A stretch of 64,000 bases of DNA from Hormiphora californensis (Eukaryota > Animalia > Ctenophora): positions 3,224,001 to 3,288,000 of the forward strand of contig CM035358.1 in the NCBI GenBank assembly GCA_020137815.1, in the 5' to 3' direction. The notes under the pieces were generated by a model. That model saw only the letters and a program-made list of their open reading frames with translations. It was not told the DNA's origin and ran no database searches. A program made the position numbers and the translations under genes. Numbering within the stretch: position 1 is the stretch's first letter; each line of letters begins with the position of its first letter. This document shows positions 1 to 10,357 of the stretch, one piece after another.

Positions 1-3000
1 TCCTCGGATACCTTGGGGAGAGGATGTATCAGATATGTATCGAATCATGATTCATGAGTGAAATATAAAGGAGAATAAAACATGTCAAGGAGAAAAGTTA
101 CACCGTCTTAAAATCTCTATGAGTACTCATATTCACCTATACCTGGACATGAGAGGGTCCGCCTTGTTGGTCCAGTAGGTTGATAGGGGACCGGTGTGCT
201 CGTGTGTCGCCGTGCTAATCTCACTACACAACAATGTACTACTGATACGGGATAGCCCCGGTGTACTTAGACCCGGTGTACCTAGAAAACAACACTAGTT
301 TAACAACACTAGTAAACAACACTAGTTTAACAATTCATCATAATTATAATAATTAACAATAATTGTCTCACAAAAAGACAGCCCTCTCCGAACTCGAATT
401 GTGAGCACGACGTTACAGTTGAATGTAATATGACAACAGGTTTTAGTAGTTGTCAACATTTGGTTGTGGATCATTGAGGAAAAAAACTCTTATATATAAT
501 AACAGTATCTGACCTGATGGAAAAGTGGCTGACTCCTCAAGAAAGGCTCCACTATGCCTGACTGACTCGCTGATGAACACCCGACCTACAACTAGCCGCA
601 TTGCCACTGTGAGCTGAATCTGAGATAAAGATTTTATCACTTTGAGTCGACAACAACAATAGCTGATAATGACACTCAGTACTCCCCCCAAGATACTCAC
701 ATTCCGATCCCATATCCCCGGCATCTCCAGCCCCCTCTGGGAGATCCTCCATAGTAAACTGGGTGGACTGATCCAGTATGGGAGTCTTCAGGTCCTCTTC
801 CTCCCCTGGACGGAGTGTCCCACAGTCACCTTCGGCAGAGATCATGGTCTCCCCACTTTCCTCTGCTACCAGTGGCAGTGATAAACCATCCTCACTTGCA
901 GCTGGGTGGGAATGAGTTAGGAAGGGAGATTTTATAAAGTGAGATGAATGGGATAGGGCGGGTGGGGGAAAGTAGTTCTTGGATCAAAGAGAAAGAGGAA
1001 TAGGTTAGTGGGTGACTGGTGCCAGTATGGATGTTCGTGTGAAGGCAATAAAGCCAGAAATATTCACTGTCAAGCATACTTCCCCTACTCCTAGCTTCTT
1101 TTCTCTCTCTCTCTTTCTTTTTCTCTCACTCTTTCTCTCACCTCCATCTTCTTGCTGGTTTTTATCAAGACTATCGTAAGAGGCAGCCGATGAGAGACTG
1201 ATACCGTCTGGTGTGGTTGCCATTTGAAGGGTCGGGTTGTGGAACAGTAGATCAAAGTCGTGAAACAACCCTGGAGAAAGAAGGAGTATGTGTGTTAGTC
1301 TTACTAACAGGAACCGACCGAAACTAGTAAACAACCAATCAGAACCCGTTATTTAGGTCACGTGACTGGTTATCAGCCAATCAGGGACCAGTATTTCCTG
1401 ATTCGGTCGGTTCCTGACTGATATAAAACTGATAAATGTTGTCTCACAAAAGACTACCCTCTCAGAACTGGGCCGAGGCTTTCATTCGCAGCGTGCACAA
1501 AGAAACGGTCATGCAGTATCATGACAAGATATATATGGTTCATATCAGTGGTCTACAAGTTGAACTTACTTCCTTTCATGTCCTCCTGCACACTAAGTGG
1601 ATCACCTAAACTTGGTTCTAGTACCCGGTCAATAATGGATCCATCGTTAGTACTATCCAGGTTCTTACCCAGCACCTGCAGTGGAATTAACATTTAAATA
1701 CTCCTCCCATGCCACTCCCCCTCCACTTGTTTGGATATTTGGATCCCAGGCCAATTTTTTGATCGATTGTTTTACTGACCTCAGTTTGACTCTTCAATTT
1801 ATCACCGTGTGTGGATGGCAGTGAAAACACAAGAATCTCTTCCTCGGCTGTTGGGTTAGGTAACTCTGGCTTGTTCTTCTTCTGGCCCTTATCTGATCCA
1901 GGTGCTGGGGGTCTCTCTGGACGGGCGGGCCGGTCCCGTAGGTACCTTTGGGAAAGACGATCTCACTAAAAAATAACTGATTTTCGGAAGTTTTGGACCA
2001 GTTTTAATTTGGTGAAAAACGGGTTGGATGAAACGATAAGTTCGAACAGGCCTATACCTGGTAGGTTCAGAAGGTAGTTGTGCTAGTGCTGTTGCTAACA
2101 TTTCCTTTTCATCGGGCTGGAACCTCCCACTTGCTAGAAACTCCATTAATGTATTGATCTGAGAGAGAGAGGGAGGGATAGAGATGCAGTTTATTCCCTT
2201 TTTGTATCCTTATAATACAACTAATATTCCCCTCATACAGACATGTCACAGTTTGATGACCCATTGGAATGATTCAATAGTCAACTTCCCATGGTATCAA
2301 CACCCTCTAGCTGCACATGACGTGTTATTACCAGTTTTTTGAGATGCCTTTCAGGGATCATGAGGGCTGATCTGTGGAGAGGAACATCGTCAGTTTGGAG
2401 GACAGAGGAAGAATAGGGTACATCCACTATCTCTTCCAGCAGAGTTATTATGTGGCATTTCTGGGCGGAAGGGGGGGGGGTTATGGAGTGATTCTGGTGA
2501 GAGAGAGAGCTGGCTGTTTGTCAGATTTAGTTCACACACTCAGTTCAAATATATATCATATACAGTCTCAAACAGTCTCAACAACTCATATAACGGCTCG
2601 ACTAGACTTAACTACTCAGAAGTCAGTAGTTAGTACTCAAGAACTTACATAATCCCCGATGTATTGGAAGACTGATGTAAAGTTACACTTCTCATAAGTT
2701 AGGAACCCCAGTTGCATTAGGAATACTTCACGGAACGCTAACGTTACCATCTTCAGATTACTCTTGGCTAGATCTGACACCTGCAACAAGCGGGAGAATA
2801 TTATAGGAATGCTTTAGATTTGGTTACAAAATAATAAACCATCTACATATTATTATCATACAAATTGATGGATTACTTTTTACCTCAGATTTAGTCTGTG
2901 AAAAGTTAGGTTGGTTGAATAAAGGGGAAGAACAGCATCCTAGTGTAGAAGAACTCCCCCAGCACAAAGTTTATCTGAAAAGATAGAGCATTACGTGTCT

Positions 3001-3819
3001 TCTCCCAGGGTGAAATATTGCAGTTCCAAGTTCCCACCAAATAACAATTTGCCTGTCCTTCCCAGACCTCCTACCTCAAATTAACCCTGACTCCTTTCTC
3101 TCCCTCCCAGTTCTCTGTACCTGATCGTGGTTGCAGCCCTGGTACTGCCTCAAGAACTCCGCCATGCAGCACCCCAACCACCGAAGGTAGGGTGGGAAGG
3201 AGTGGAGGTGCCTTCTTATCTGGGTTACCATGGCAACAACATGTTCTGCAATGCGCTTCCGATATCCCTCCACCTTGCCCCTTATCGTCATTAAATCCTT
3301 GTACTGGGGATACTTCTCTGCGTACCTTCTCTCCTGGGAAATGTAACTAGTTCTCATGACGATATCTATAGTTAGTATTTATTACACGCATAATGCATAT
3401 TACTAAAGAGTATCGGTAGGACATTGCGGATGGTTGTCCCCCTAGTTATTTGACACTACTGGTGTAATATTACACACATGAATTACACCCACTCTCGTCT
3501 CCAGGAGTCACTGAGACGGGTAATAGTGTATTGTGTCTGTACTCAATGTACTCAATGTAGTAAACACTGTGTGATTTAACTGAACCTTTTTGGGGATGGG
3601 GTACAAAGCTAATAAGGCTTGCCTGAAACCTTCCGTTCCAACATAAACTTTCCAATGAATAGGATTATATTGCAATTCAATCATGCAGGACTGAATTACA
3701 TATTATCAAATATTACCTCGACGACGAATAGCTCAGGTTCTGAGATAATGTTATAAATTACATCCTGCATAAGATCTGATATGTAGTATCGGGTGTTGTG
3801 ACTCCACTCAATAAATAAC

Positions 3820-3907
<88 letters not shown>

Positions 3908-4930
3908 GAGAGAGAGAGAGGGAGAGAGAGAGAGAGAGAAAGTTATACCAGATGGTATACTCGTCTCACACACATATTCCGGGTGGTACCTCAAGCACAG
4001 TGAGAGAGGGGTACTGGATGTTGAGAAGAGGTTCTGAATTGGCCCAACAAACTCAGCCAGCTGAATTCGTGCAACCTCACACACAACCTGAAATCAACAA
4101 TTGGTGTTCTTCAACTAATTCTCTGAAAGAGTGTAAGCAAAACAACAATTTATATGAATCAAAATAAGTATTTTGTCAGCGTCCGTACCTGGATGAGTCG
4201 TTTTTCATCAGAAGGCAGCACTCCAAACCCACAAGCAGTTGATAGAGTTATGTGTATCAACTCAGAAAGTTGCTAATGGGGAATACAGATTTAGTGAATA
4301 TATCAAATATTATTGTTATTATTATTGTTAATTCTATAAAATGATAATATTTTGAGAGCAAAAACATTAGTTTTACTTACTTGTGCATTTCCTCTAGTGT
4401 GCGAATCAGTTAGAAATATTATTGCAATCAAGCTAGCATTGTCCCTCAATGACTTGAGAAAGTTTGCAAACTGCTCAGTTTCTGGTCCAAGCCTGTCTTT
4501 GGCATCAACAAATCGGCATTTATCTAGTGACTGACTGTAACGATCAACTTCACTCAGCTCCCTAGGTCAAATGGCGCGTTATTCAGTGTTGAACTTAGAG
4601 TTAGATTAGCAGGATATTATTATGGTAGGGACCCACGAAGGGAACCGCCCTACCACATTCAGTGTTGAGCGACTAAATTTCGTTTTCTCTCACGTTGCCT
4701 TGTTTCTCTTAAGTCGTAGCATCCTCCATTTTTGATTGATGATCCATGCAGACTTATTGAGCTTCGTTATTGGTCCTTTCAACTCTTCGTGCAGCTTTGC
4801 CACCTGCTCCCTTTCTGAAAATATCAATGAATATTAAAGCGCACAGTTATTTGGCAATCTAGCCCATACCGTAGGTGATATACTGTCGGGTTTGCCACAG
4901 ATTTTGTTGAATGGTTCTGATGCGCTCCAT
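1..4930 (-). CDS. GAPVD1: GTPase-activating protein and VPS9 domain protein 1 (RasGAP N-terminal part); multi-exon, 3' end outside the window
   Basis: Spliced minus-strand exons read MERIRTIQQNLWQTRQYITYEREQVAKLHEELKGPITKLNKSAWIINQ, LDKCRFVDAKDRLGPETEQFANFLKSLRDNASLIA and RRHLHSFPPYLRWLGCCMAEFL. These are collinear with the GAPVD1 N-terminus as I recall it (LKQERLYVNSEKQ...LYRTAWIAKQ...FVDGYKQLG...FLSRLRENPRLIA...FPHSLRWI). ATG at 4930; GT-AG boundaries. Confidence 0.85.
1308..1416. mobile_element. Short MITE with CAGGAACCGACCGAA terminal inverted repeats (hAT-like family), intronic
   Basis: CAGGAACCGACCGAA...TTCGGTCGGTTCCTG, with internal CCAATCAG and GTCACGTGAC. Related copies at 23101-23224 and 33221-33343. 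Confidence 0.75.
3822..3938. repeat. (GA)n microsatellite; others near 22590, 34320, 37095, 37457, 39730, 57430 and 62780
   Basis: Long runs of GA/TC dinucleotides. Confidence 0.95.
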
Positions 4931-5219
4931 CCTTTCATCCTATGTCTAAACTCCAGGGTTTCATACTAAAATGTATATTTTTTGTAAAACACAAATTGGC
5001 CTGCCTTTTGCCTACTTTTAGGAGCAATGAGCATCCTATATTGTCGTCGTGCAGGAGGAAAGCCACCAGTTCCAGCCGTCTTGAAAGTGCTAAAAATTGC
5101 CACCTGAAGATATTAATTATCATGCAACTCTTTTGGATCAGTAGATGGCTGGAGTCTTAGGCCTACGCTCCCGCCTCGGCGCTCCACTTCTACAGAATAC
5201 ATCAGAGGGACCTGAAAGT

Positions 5220-5410
5220 CAAATCAGAGGAAAAACGATACGAAAAAGGACGAACTGAACTGCAAAAAAACTGAAAACTTTTCTCACCTTCGCAGTTTTC
5301 GTTGCCGCGGCGTTAAATTTAATGTAGCGCGCGAATAAAAATCAGTACAACGCTGCATTTTAGAGTTGCTTGAGTTTTTGGACAAACAAATTTTTTAAAA
5401 GTTCGTCGTT
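5220..5410. promoter_or_regulatory. Putative bidirectional promoter between GAPVD1 (-) and the + strand gene cluster
   Basis: About 200 bp separates divergent transcription units and contains a CG-rich patch (GCCGCGGCG, AGCGCGCG). Positional inference only. Confidence 0.4.
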
Positions 5411-5413
5411 TTT

Positions 5414-5454
5414 TTTCAAACTTTTCAACACTACTTTAAACAAATTAATTTGAG
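5414..5454 (+). other. Genomic copy of a ctenophore-type spliced-leader exon
   Basis: TTTCAAACTTTTCAACACTACTTTAAACAAATTAATTTGAG matches, from memory, the ctenophore SL ending in ...AAATTAATTTGAG. It is followed by ATCTC, not by a GT donor, so it is not an SL RNA gene. Confidence 0.8.
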
Positions 5455-5495
5455 ATCTCTTCCAACCCGGCCCTCGCGGTCGGTTAGGTATAGTG

Positions 5496-8400
5496 ATGAC
5501 GAAAAGTACGAAGAGGAGAACGAACAAGACCACCGTTCCCCCTTCCTCGTCCTCGGATCCACGCTACAACTGCCCAGCATGTAATGTCTACTTGTACGAA
5601 GAAGATGACATCCCCTGTGTAGCTTGTGACAATTGTAACGGTTGGTTCCATTTAAAGTGTGTTGGTATTCCGGACTCAGACTATGCCAAAGTTACTGCCA
5701 AACCTCACTGGTACTGTCCCAGCTGTATTAGGCTTCCAAACTTTATACCTGCAGCTCCCCTCAAGACATCATGGGGTAAGCTGTCAGGCCAAGCTCTGTC
5801 TGATTCCTTCTCACGCCTCCTCGTCTCTGTTTCCTCTTTCCGTCCCAACCTTTTCAAGCTTCCTTCCGGAAGTTCCGGCAAGCAGTTTATAACTGAATGC
5901 ACCCGGCTCATCAAGGAATGGAACTCTTCTTCTGGCCTTGAGAGTGTTGCAATAACAGCCATCCATCTCATGGGTCCTCTCCTGTTGCAAAACCCTGGTA
6001 AAAAATCCAAACCAAGTGAGCAATCGGCTGCCCTTCTCAGACGTTTACTCCATTGGCAAGCTGGCGAATTTGACACTTTACTATCAGAGTGCATGGTTAT
6101 TCAGTCCAGGTTACCTAAGTCTACAACATCAGACAACAGAAGGGGTTTTGTAAGGATGATGTTTACAGGGAGAGTCGGAGCTGCACTACGACTACTCAGT
6201 GCTACTCCCTCTGCAGCCCTCGACATCACCCCCGAGGTGTTGGAAAACCTCAAGGAAAAGCACCCGGATGCTGCTCCTCTCAGTCCCGATCACCTCGTGT
6301 CTACCCAGCTCCCTCCTTCTTTCGAACCCGCCATTTTTCATGACCTCAACTCGGATAGCATAAGGCGAGCTGCTGCTGCCACAAAGGGCGGTGCCGGCCC
6401 AAGTGGTATGTCAGACGGCCTCTGGACCCGTATGCTCTGCAGTAAAGCTTTTAGAAAGGCTTCCGATGACCTTTCTCACGAAGTTGCCATCATGACGAGA
6501 CGTTTATGCACGGTTTATGTCGACCCCAGCTCACTAACTGCGTTCCTGTCCTGCAAGCTAATTGCCTTGGACAAGAATCCTGGGATAAGGCCTATCGGTG
6601 TTGGCGAGGTTCTCCGTCGGATAGTAGGTCGAGCAGTAGCACAACATCTCAAACCCGAAATCATCCAGGCTGCCGGCCCCTTACAACTTGCTGCCGGCCA
6701 GCAAGGCGGTGCTGAAGCTGCTGTTCACTCAATGAGAGAATTCTATGCAGACGAGGGTACTGAGGCTGTTCTCCTAGCTGATGCTCGTAACGCGTTCAAC
6801 ATCCTAAACCGGCAAACCGCCCTGGTGAACCTCAGGCACCTTTGTCCAGCTCTCTCCATCTTTGCGATAAACCTTTACCGTTTCCCAGTTCGTCTATATC
6901 TCTCCAACGGCACATTTATCCTCTCTGCAGAAGGCACCACCCAAGGGTGTAACATCGCCTCTCCTTTCTATTGTATCAGTCTTCGCCCTCTCATCGACAA
7001 ACTGTCAAGGACTTCCCCAAACCAGATTTTTTACGCTGATGATGGAGCCTCTGCCGGTTCCCTAGTTGGTGTGAGAGAATGGTGGGACGCTCTGGTCACC
7101 AACGGTCCCGGTTACGGCTACTTCCCAAGACCGGATAAGTCAGTATTAATCGTAAAACCAGAACACCTTGAAAAAGCAAAGTCGATCTTTTCAGACACTG
7201 CTGTAATCATCAAATCAGACGGCCACAGATACCTGGGCGCTCCTATTGGTACCTTAGATTACCAGCGGGAATACGTGGCCAAGGATGTTTGCCGCTGGGT
7301 AACGGATGTCACAGCGATCTCCAAAATTGCTGAAACTGAACCCCAGGCAGCATACTCGGCTTTCTGTATGGGGCTGTCAAAGAGATTTCTCTTTCTAATG
7401 AGGACGACCCCGAACATCTCTGAGCTCTTCAGGCCCTTGGAGTCAACAATTTCATCTGTTCTCCTTCCAGCTATCCTCAACAATCACATCACCCCTCTAC
7501 ACCGTGAACTGTTTTCCCTGCCTTGCAGAAACGGAGGACTTGGTATTGAAAATCCATGTGAAGTCGCGGATCTTGAGCACCAACGATCCCTTCATGCAAC
7601 TGCACCGCTCTCTCAGATTATTACTGAACAGAACATAAATATTACTGATGAGAGAGCGGTTGCAGTTGCTAAGGGATTAAAAACAGCCAAGCAGGAAGTA
7701 ATTCAGATGAAAAAAGAACACCATAAAACTCGTTTATCTGCTGTTTCCGACCAGCTAGCCCCAGACTATCGCAGACTCCATGATGAGCTTTGTAGACGTG
7801 GCTCTTCCACCTGGTTGACAACCCTTCCCTTGGAGGAACACGGCTTCAATCTCAACAAATCCGAGTTTCGTGATGCTCTTGCCCTGAGGTATGACCTTTC
7901 CCTTCGGGAGTTTCCCAACCATTGTGCTTGTGGTAAACCAAACTCCATCGAACACTGTCTAACTTGTGCTCGAGGAGGCTATGTGCATCTCAGGCACAAC
8001 CAGATTCGCGATCTAACTGCCAATCTTCTGGTGGAGGCTGGGTGTACGGATGTTAAAGTGGAGCCCCATCTTCTCCCTCTAACTGGTGAGACACTCCAAT
8101 ATGCCTCCGCGATCACCAATGATGAGGCACGTCTTGATGTCTCGGCTCGTGGTGTCTGGTCTGACTTATCAAAACTGTTCATTGATGTCCGCATCTTCAA
8201 TTCTCGAGCCCCAACCAACAAATCATTGCCAGTCAACAAGGTTTTGAAGAAGCACGAGGACGAGAAGAAGCGTGCTTATGGAGAGCGTGTACTGCAGGTA
8301 GAGAAAAGCTCCTTCACACCAGCTGTTTTCTCTACCTCTGGAATCATGGGCGATGAGGCTGATAAACTTTACAAACAAATTGCCCACCTACTCTCAAAAA

Positions 8401-8576
8401 AGACCAAACAGTCTTACCCCGATTGCATCCGGTATATCAGACAGAGACTATCTTTCTGCCTGTTAAAAACTCTTATCATTAGTCTCCGGGGTCATCGTGG
8501 CCAGAGCCCGAAGAGTTTTAGTGATCGCAATGATATTAACATTTTATACATGATTAAAAACAATAACCAGAATTAA
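5496..8576 (+). CDS. Retrotransposon polyprotein: PHD finger, reverse transcriptase, Cys/His zinc motif, restriction-like endonuclease
   Basis: PHD: CPAC...CDNCNGWFHLKC...WYCPSC. RT motifs: GIRPIGVGEVLRR, DARNAFN, GTTQG, FYADDG, RYLG, RNGGLGI. Zinc motif: CACG...EHCLTC...HLRHNQIRD. Endonuclease: ARLDV...FIDVRI...HEDEKKRAY...FTPAVFSTSG. Uninterrupted and intronless. Confidence 0.92.
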   Translation: MTKSTKRRTNKTTVPPSSSSDPRYNCPACNVYLYEEDDIPCVACDNCNGWFHLKCVGIPDSDYAKVTAKPHWYCPSCIRLPNFIPAAPLKTSWGKLSGQALSDSFSRLLVSVSSFRPNLFKLPSGSSGKQFITECTRLIKEWNSSSGLESVAITAIHLMGPLLLQNPGKKSKPSEQSAALLRRLLHWQAGEFDTLLSECMVIQSRLPKSTTSDNRRGFVRMMFTGRVGAALRLLSATPSAALDITPEVLENLKEKHPDAAPLSPDHLVSTQLPPSFEPAIFHDLNSDSIRRAAAATKGGAGPSGMSDGLWTRMLCSKAFRKASDDLSHEVAIMTRRLCTVYVDPSSLTAFLSCKLIALDKNPGIRPIGVGEVLRRIVGRAVAQHLKPEIIQAAGPLQLAAGQQGGAEAAVHSMREFYADEGTEAVLLADARNAFNILNRQTALVNLRHLCPALSIFAINLYRFPVRLYLSNGTFILSAEGTTQGCNIASPFYCISLRPLIDKLSRTSPNQIFYADDGASAGSLVGVREWWDALVTNGPGYGYFPRPDKSVLIVKPEHLEKAKSIFSDTAVIIKSDGHRYLGAPIGTLDYQREYVAKDVCRWVTDVTAISKIAETEPQAAYSAFCMGLSKRFLFLMRTTPNISELFRPLESTISSVLLPAILNNHITPLHRELFSLPCRNGGLGIENPCEVADLEHQRSLHATAPLSQIITEQNINITDERAVAVAKGLKTAKQEVIQMKKEHHKTRLSAVSDQLAPDYRRLHDELCRRGSSTWLTTLPLEEHGFNLNKSEFRDALALRYDLSLREFPNHCACGKPNSIEHCLTCARGGYVHLRHNQIRDLTANLLVEAGCTDVKVEPHLLPLTGETLQYASAITNDEARLDVSARGVWSDLSKLFIDVRIFNSRAPTNKSLPVNKVLKKHEDEKKRAYGERVLQVEKSSFTPAVFSTSGIMGDEADKLYKQIAHLLSKKTKQSYPDCIRYIRQRLSFCLLKTLIISLRGHRGQSPKSFSDRNDINILYMIKNNNQN

Positions 8577-8753
8577 TTTATTATACCCAATTTATGTACA
8601 GATAAGATTGATTTCTATATCCATTTTACTAATTGAACCGGTACCCCGGCTTTCGCAAAAAAAATTTTTTTACTTTTAGTTTTTAATTTTTGCTATGCAT
8701 CTCTCTTATCCGTCGATCTAGCCCGCTTTAACAAGATATTTCCCCTTAAGGTG

Positions 8754-10061
8754 ATGCATAGGGTGGGGAGAGCTTGCCTGTTACGCTTGAGTGCTTCTCG
8801 GCCTCTTGTTACAGCGCCAAAAACCCTCCGAAAATATGGAAATCATCAGCTGCTTAGTATCCGTGGCCTCCAAACGTCAAGCTGCCTGTTCGAAGTGAAA
8901 ACCATCGAGACCCCTACATTCCCTGACTCTGTAGCAGAAGGTGACATTATTTGGTTGAGGGAGGTGGGAGATGCTGTCGAGGAGGATGAGGTTATTGGCG
9001 AGATTGAAACGGATAAGACCACACTTCCCGTTCAATCCCCTGCCGCTGGTGTCATCACTGAACTTCTTGTATCTGACGGAGATACCATCGCCAAGGGAAC
9101 ACCCCTAGCTAACATTGATATTGGTGGTGCAGGTGCTGAACCAGCTAAGGCTGCTCCAGCAACACCAGAACCTGCCGCTGCACCAGCCCCTCCTCCAGCT
9201 GCCGCTGCTGCTGCCCCAGCTGCAACAGCTCCTATCCCTGAGGCAATTGGAACCCCTCCCCCTACTCCCTCCGCCCCTATTTCTGTAGCCCCACCTCCCC
9301 TGCCCAAAGCAGCTCCCGCCCCGCCTGTCGTGCCAGCTGGGGAAATGAAGCCTCCTGGTTTGAGGGGTGAGCACGCGGTTAAGATGTCCCGAATGAGGTT
9401 GAGGATTGCTGAGAGACTGAAGGAGGCCCAAAACACCGCTGCAATGCTCACTACCTTTAACGAGATAGACATGACAAACATCATGGCGCTACGAGGAAAG
9501 TTCAAGGATGATTTCAACAAGAAGCATGGTATCAAACTTGGTTTCATGTCCGCCTTCATGAAGGCATCTGCCCAGGCCCTGGCTGAGATGCCTGAGGTTA
9601 ACGCGTACATTGATGGCAAGGAGATTATCTACCGAGATTACGTGGACATCTCTGTTGCTGTGGCAACCCCTAAAGGACTTGTTGTGCCTGTGTTGAGGAA
9701 CGTGGAGACGATGAGTTACGCTGATATTGAGAAAGGATTGAACAGTCTGGGAAAGAGGGCCAGGGATGGGGATCTTGCTATTGAAGATATGGATGGAGGT
9801 ACCTTTACTGTGTCTAATGGAGGAGTATTTGGATCCATGTTTGGAACACCCATTATCAACCTACCCCAGTCCGCCATCCTTGGTATGCACGCCATCCAGG
9901 AGCGACCTGTTGCCAGGAATGGGAAGGTGGAGATAAAGCCGATGATGTACATTGCTCTCACCTACGATCATCGACTCATTGATGGTCGTGAGGCTGTGAC
10001 GTTCCTGAAGAGGATCAAGTCAGGTGTCGAGGATCCTGGTATCCTCCTTCTGGACCTCTAA
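8754..10061 (+). CDS. DLST: Dihydrolipoyllysine-residue succinyltransferase (2-oxoglutarate dehydrogenase E2), mitochondrial; intronless
   Basis: Mitochondrial transit-like N-terminus, lipoyl motif EIETDKT, Pro/Ala linker, [27 protein letters not shown], catalytic TYDHRLIDG. Confidence 0.97.
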   Translation: MHRVGRACLLRLSASRPLVTAPKTLRKYGNHQLLSIRGLQTSSCLFEVKTIETPTFPDSVAEGDIIWLREVGDAVEEDEVIGEIETDKTTLPVQSPAAGVITELLVSDGDTIAKGTPLANIDIGGAGAEPAKAAPATPEPAAAPAPPPAAAAAAPAATAPIPEAIGTPPPTPSAPISVAPPPLPKAAPAPPVVPAGEMKPPGLRGEHAVKMSRMRLRIAERLKEAQNTAAMLTTFNEIDMTNIMALRGKFKDDFNKKHGIKLGFMSAFMKASAQALAEMPEVNAYIDGKEIIYRDYVDISVAVATPKGLVVPVLRNVETMSYADIEKGLNSLGKRARDGDLAIEDMDGGTFTVSNGGVFGSMFGTPIINLPQSAILGMHAIQERPVARNGKVEIKPMMYIALTYDHRLIDGREAVTFLKRIKSGVEDPGILLLDL

Positions 10062-10357
10062 ACGAGATGAAATGAGAGAGTTGCTAGTGGGACTGTACTG
10101 GGACTGCTGCTTTTTCTGAAACTCTTATCTAATTGGGACGGAAAGTGTGTTTGTACATAGATTTAGGAGAGATAGAGAGAGAGATGGTAGCTCTAACTTT
10201 CTGGCATGTTTTTTGAATTATAACAGGCTATGATATTTATTACACTAACGACAAAACCCGTTTGTTTCATTTCTTTTGTACGTTGTTAACCCCCCCCCCC
10301 CCCTCCCCCACTATTGATTCAATTCTAAACATCCCTCTATTTCCCACAGGTTGTGAG

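Larger units (their letters stand above)
5414..8664 (+). mobile_element. CRE-like (restriction-endonuclease type) non-LTR retrotransposon, apparently full length
   Basis: SL exon, 41-nt 5' UTR, single ORF, about 80-nt 3' UTR and an A8 tail at 8657-8664. T-runs on both sides (5409-5416 and 8665-8671) could be a target-site duplication. Confidence 0.8.

Noticed and set aside
8665-8700. Retrotransposon inserted into an SL RNA gene (SLACS/NeSL-style); Sm-like AATTTTTG at 8685-8692
   Set aside because: No duplicated SL exon or GT-starting SL intron follows the element. The motif is expected by chance in a U-rich spacer.
5659-9961. Antisense and alternate-frame ORFs overlapping the RT and DLST genes
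   Set aside because: Shadow ORFs of long coding sequences with no recognisable motifs.
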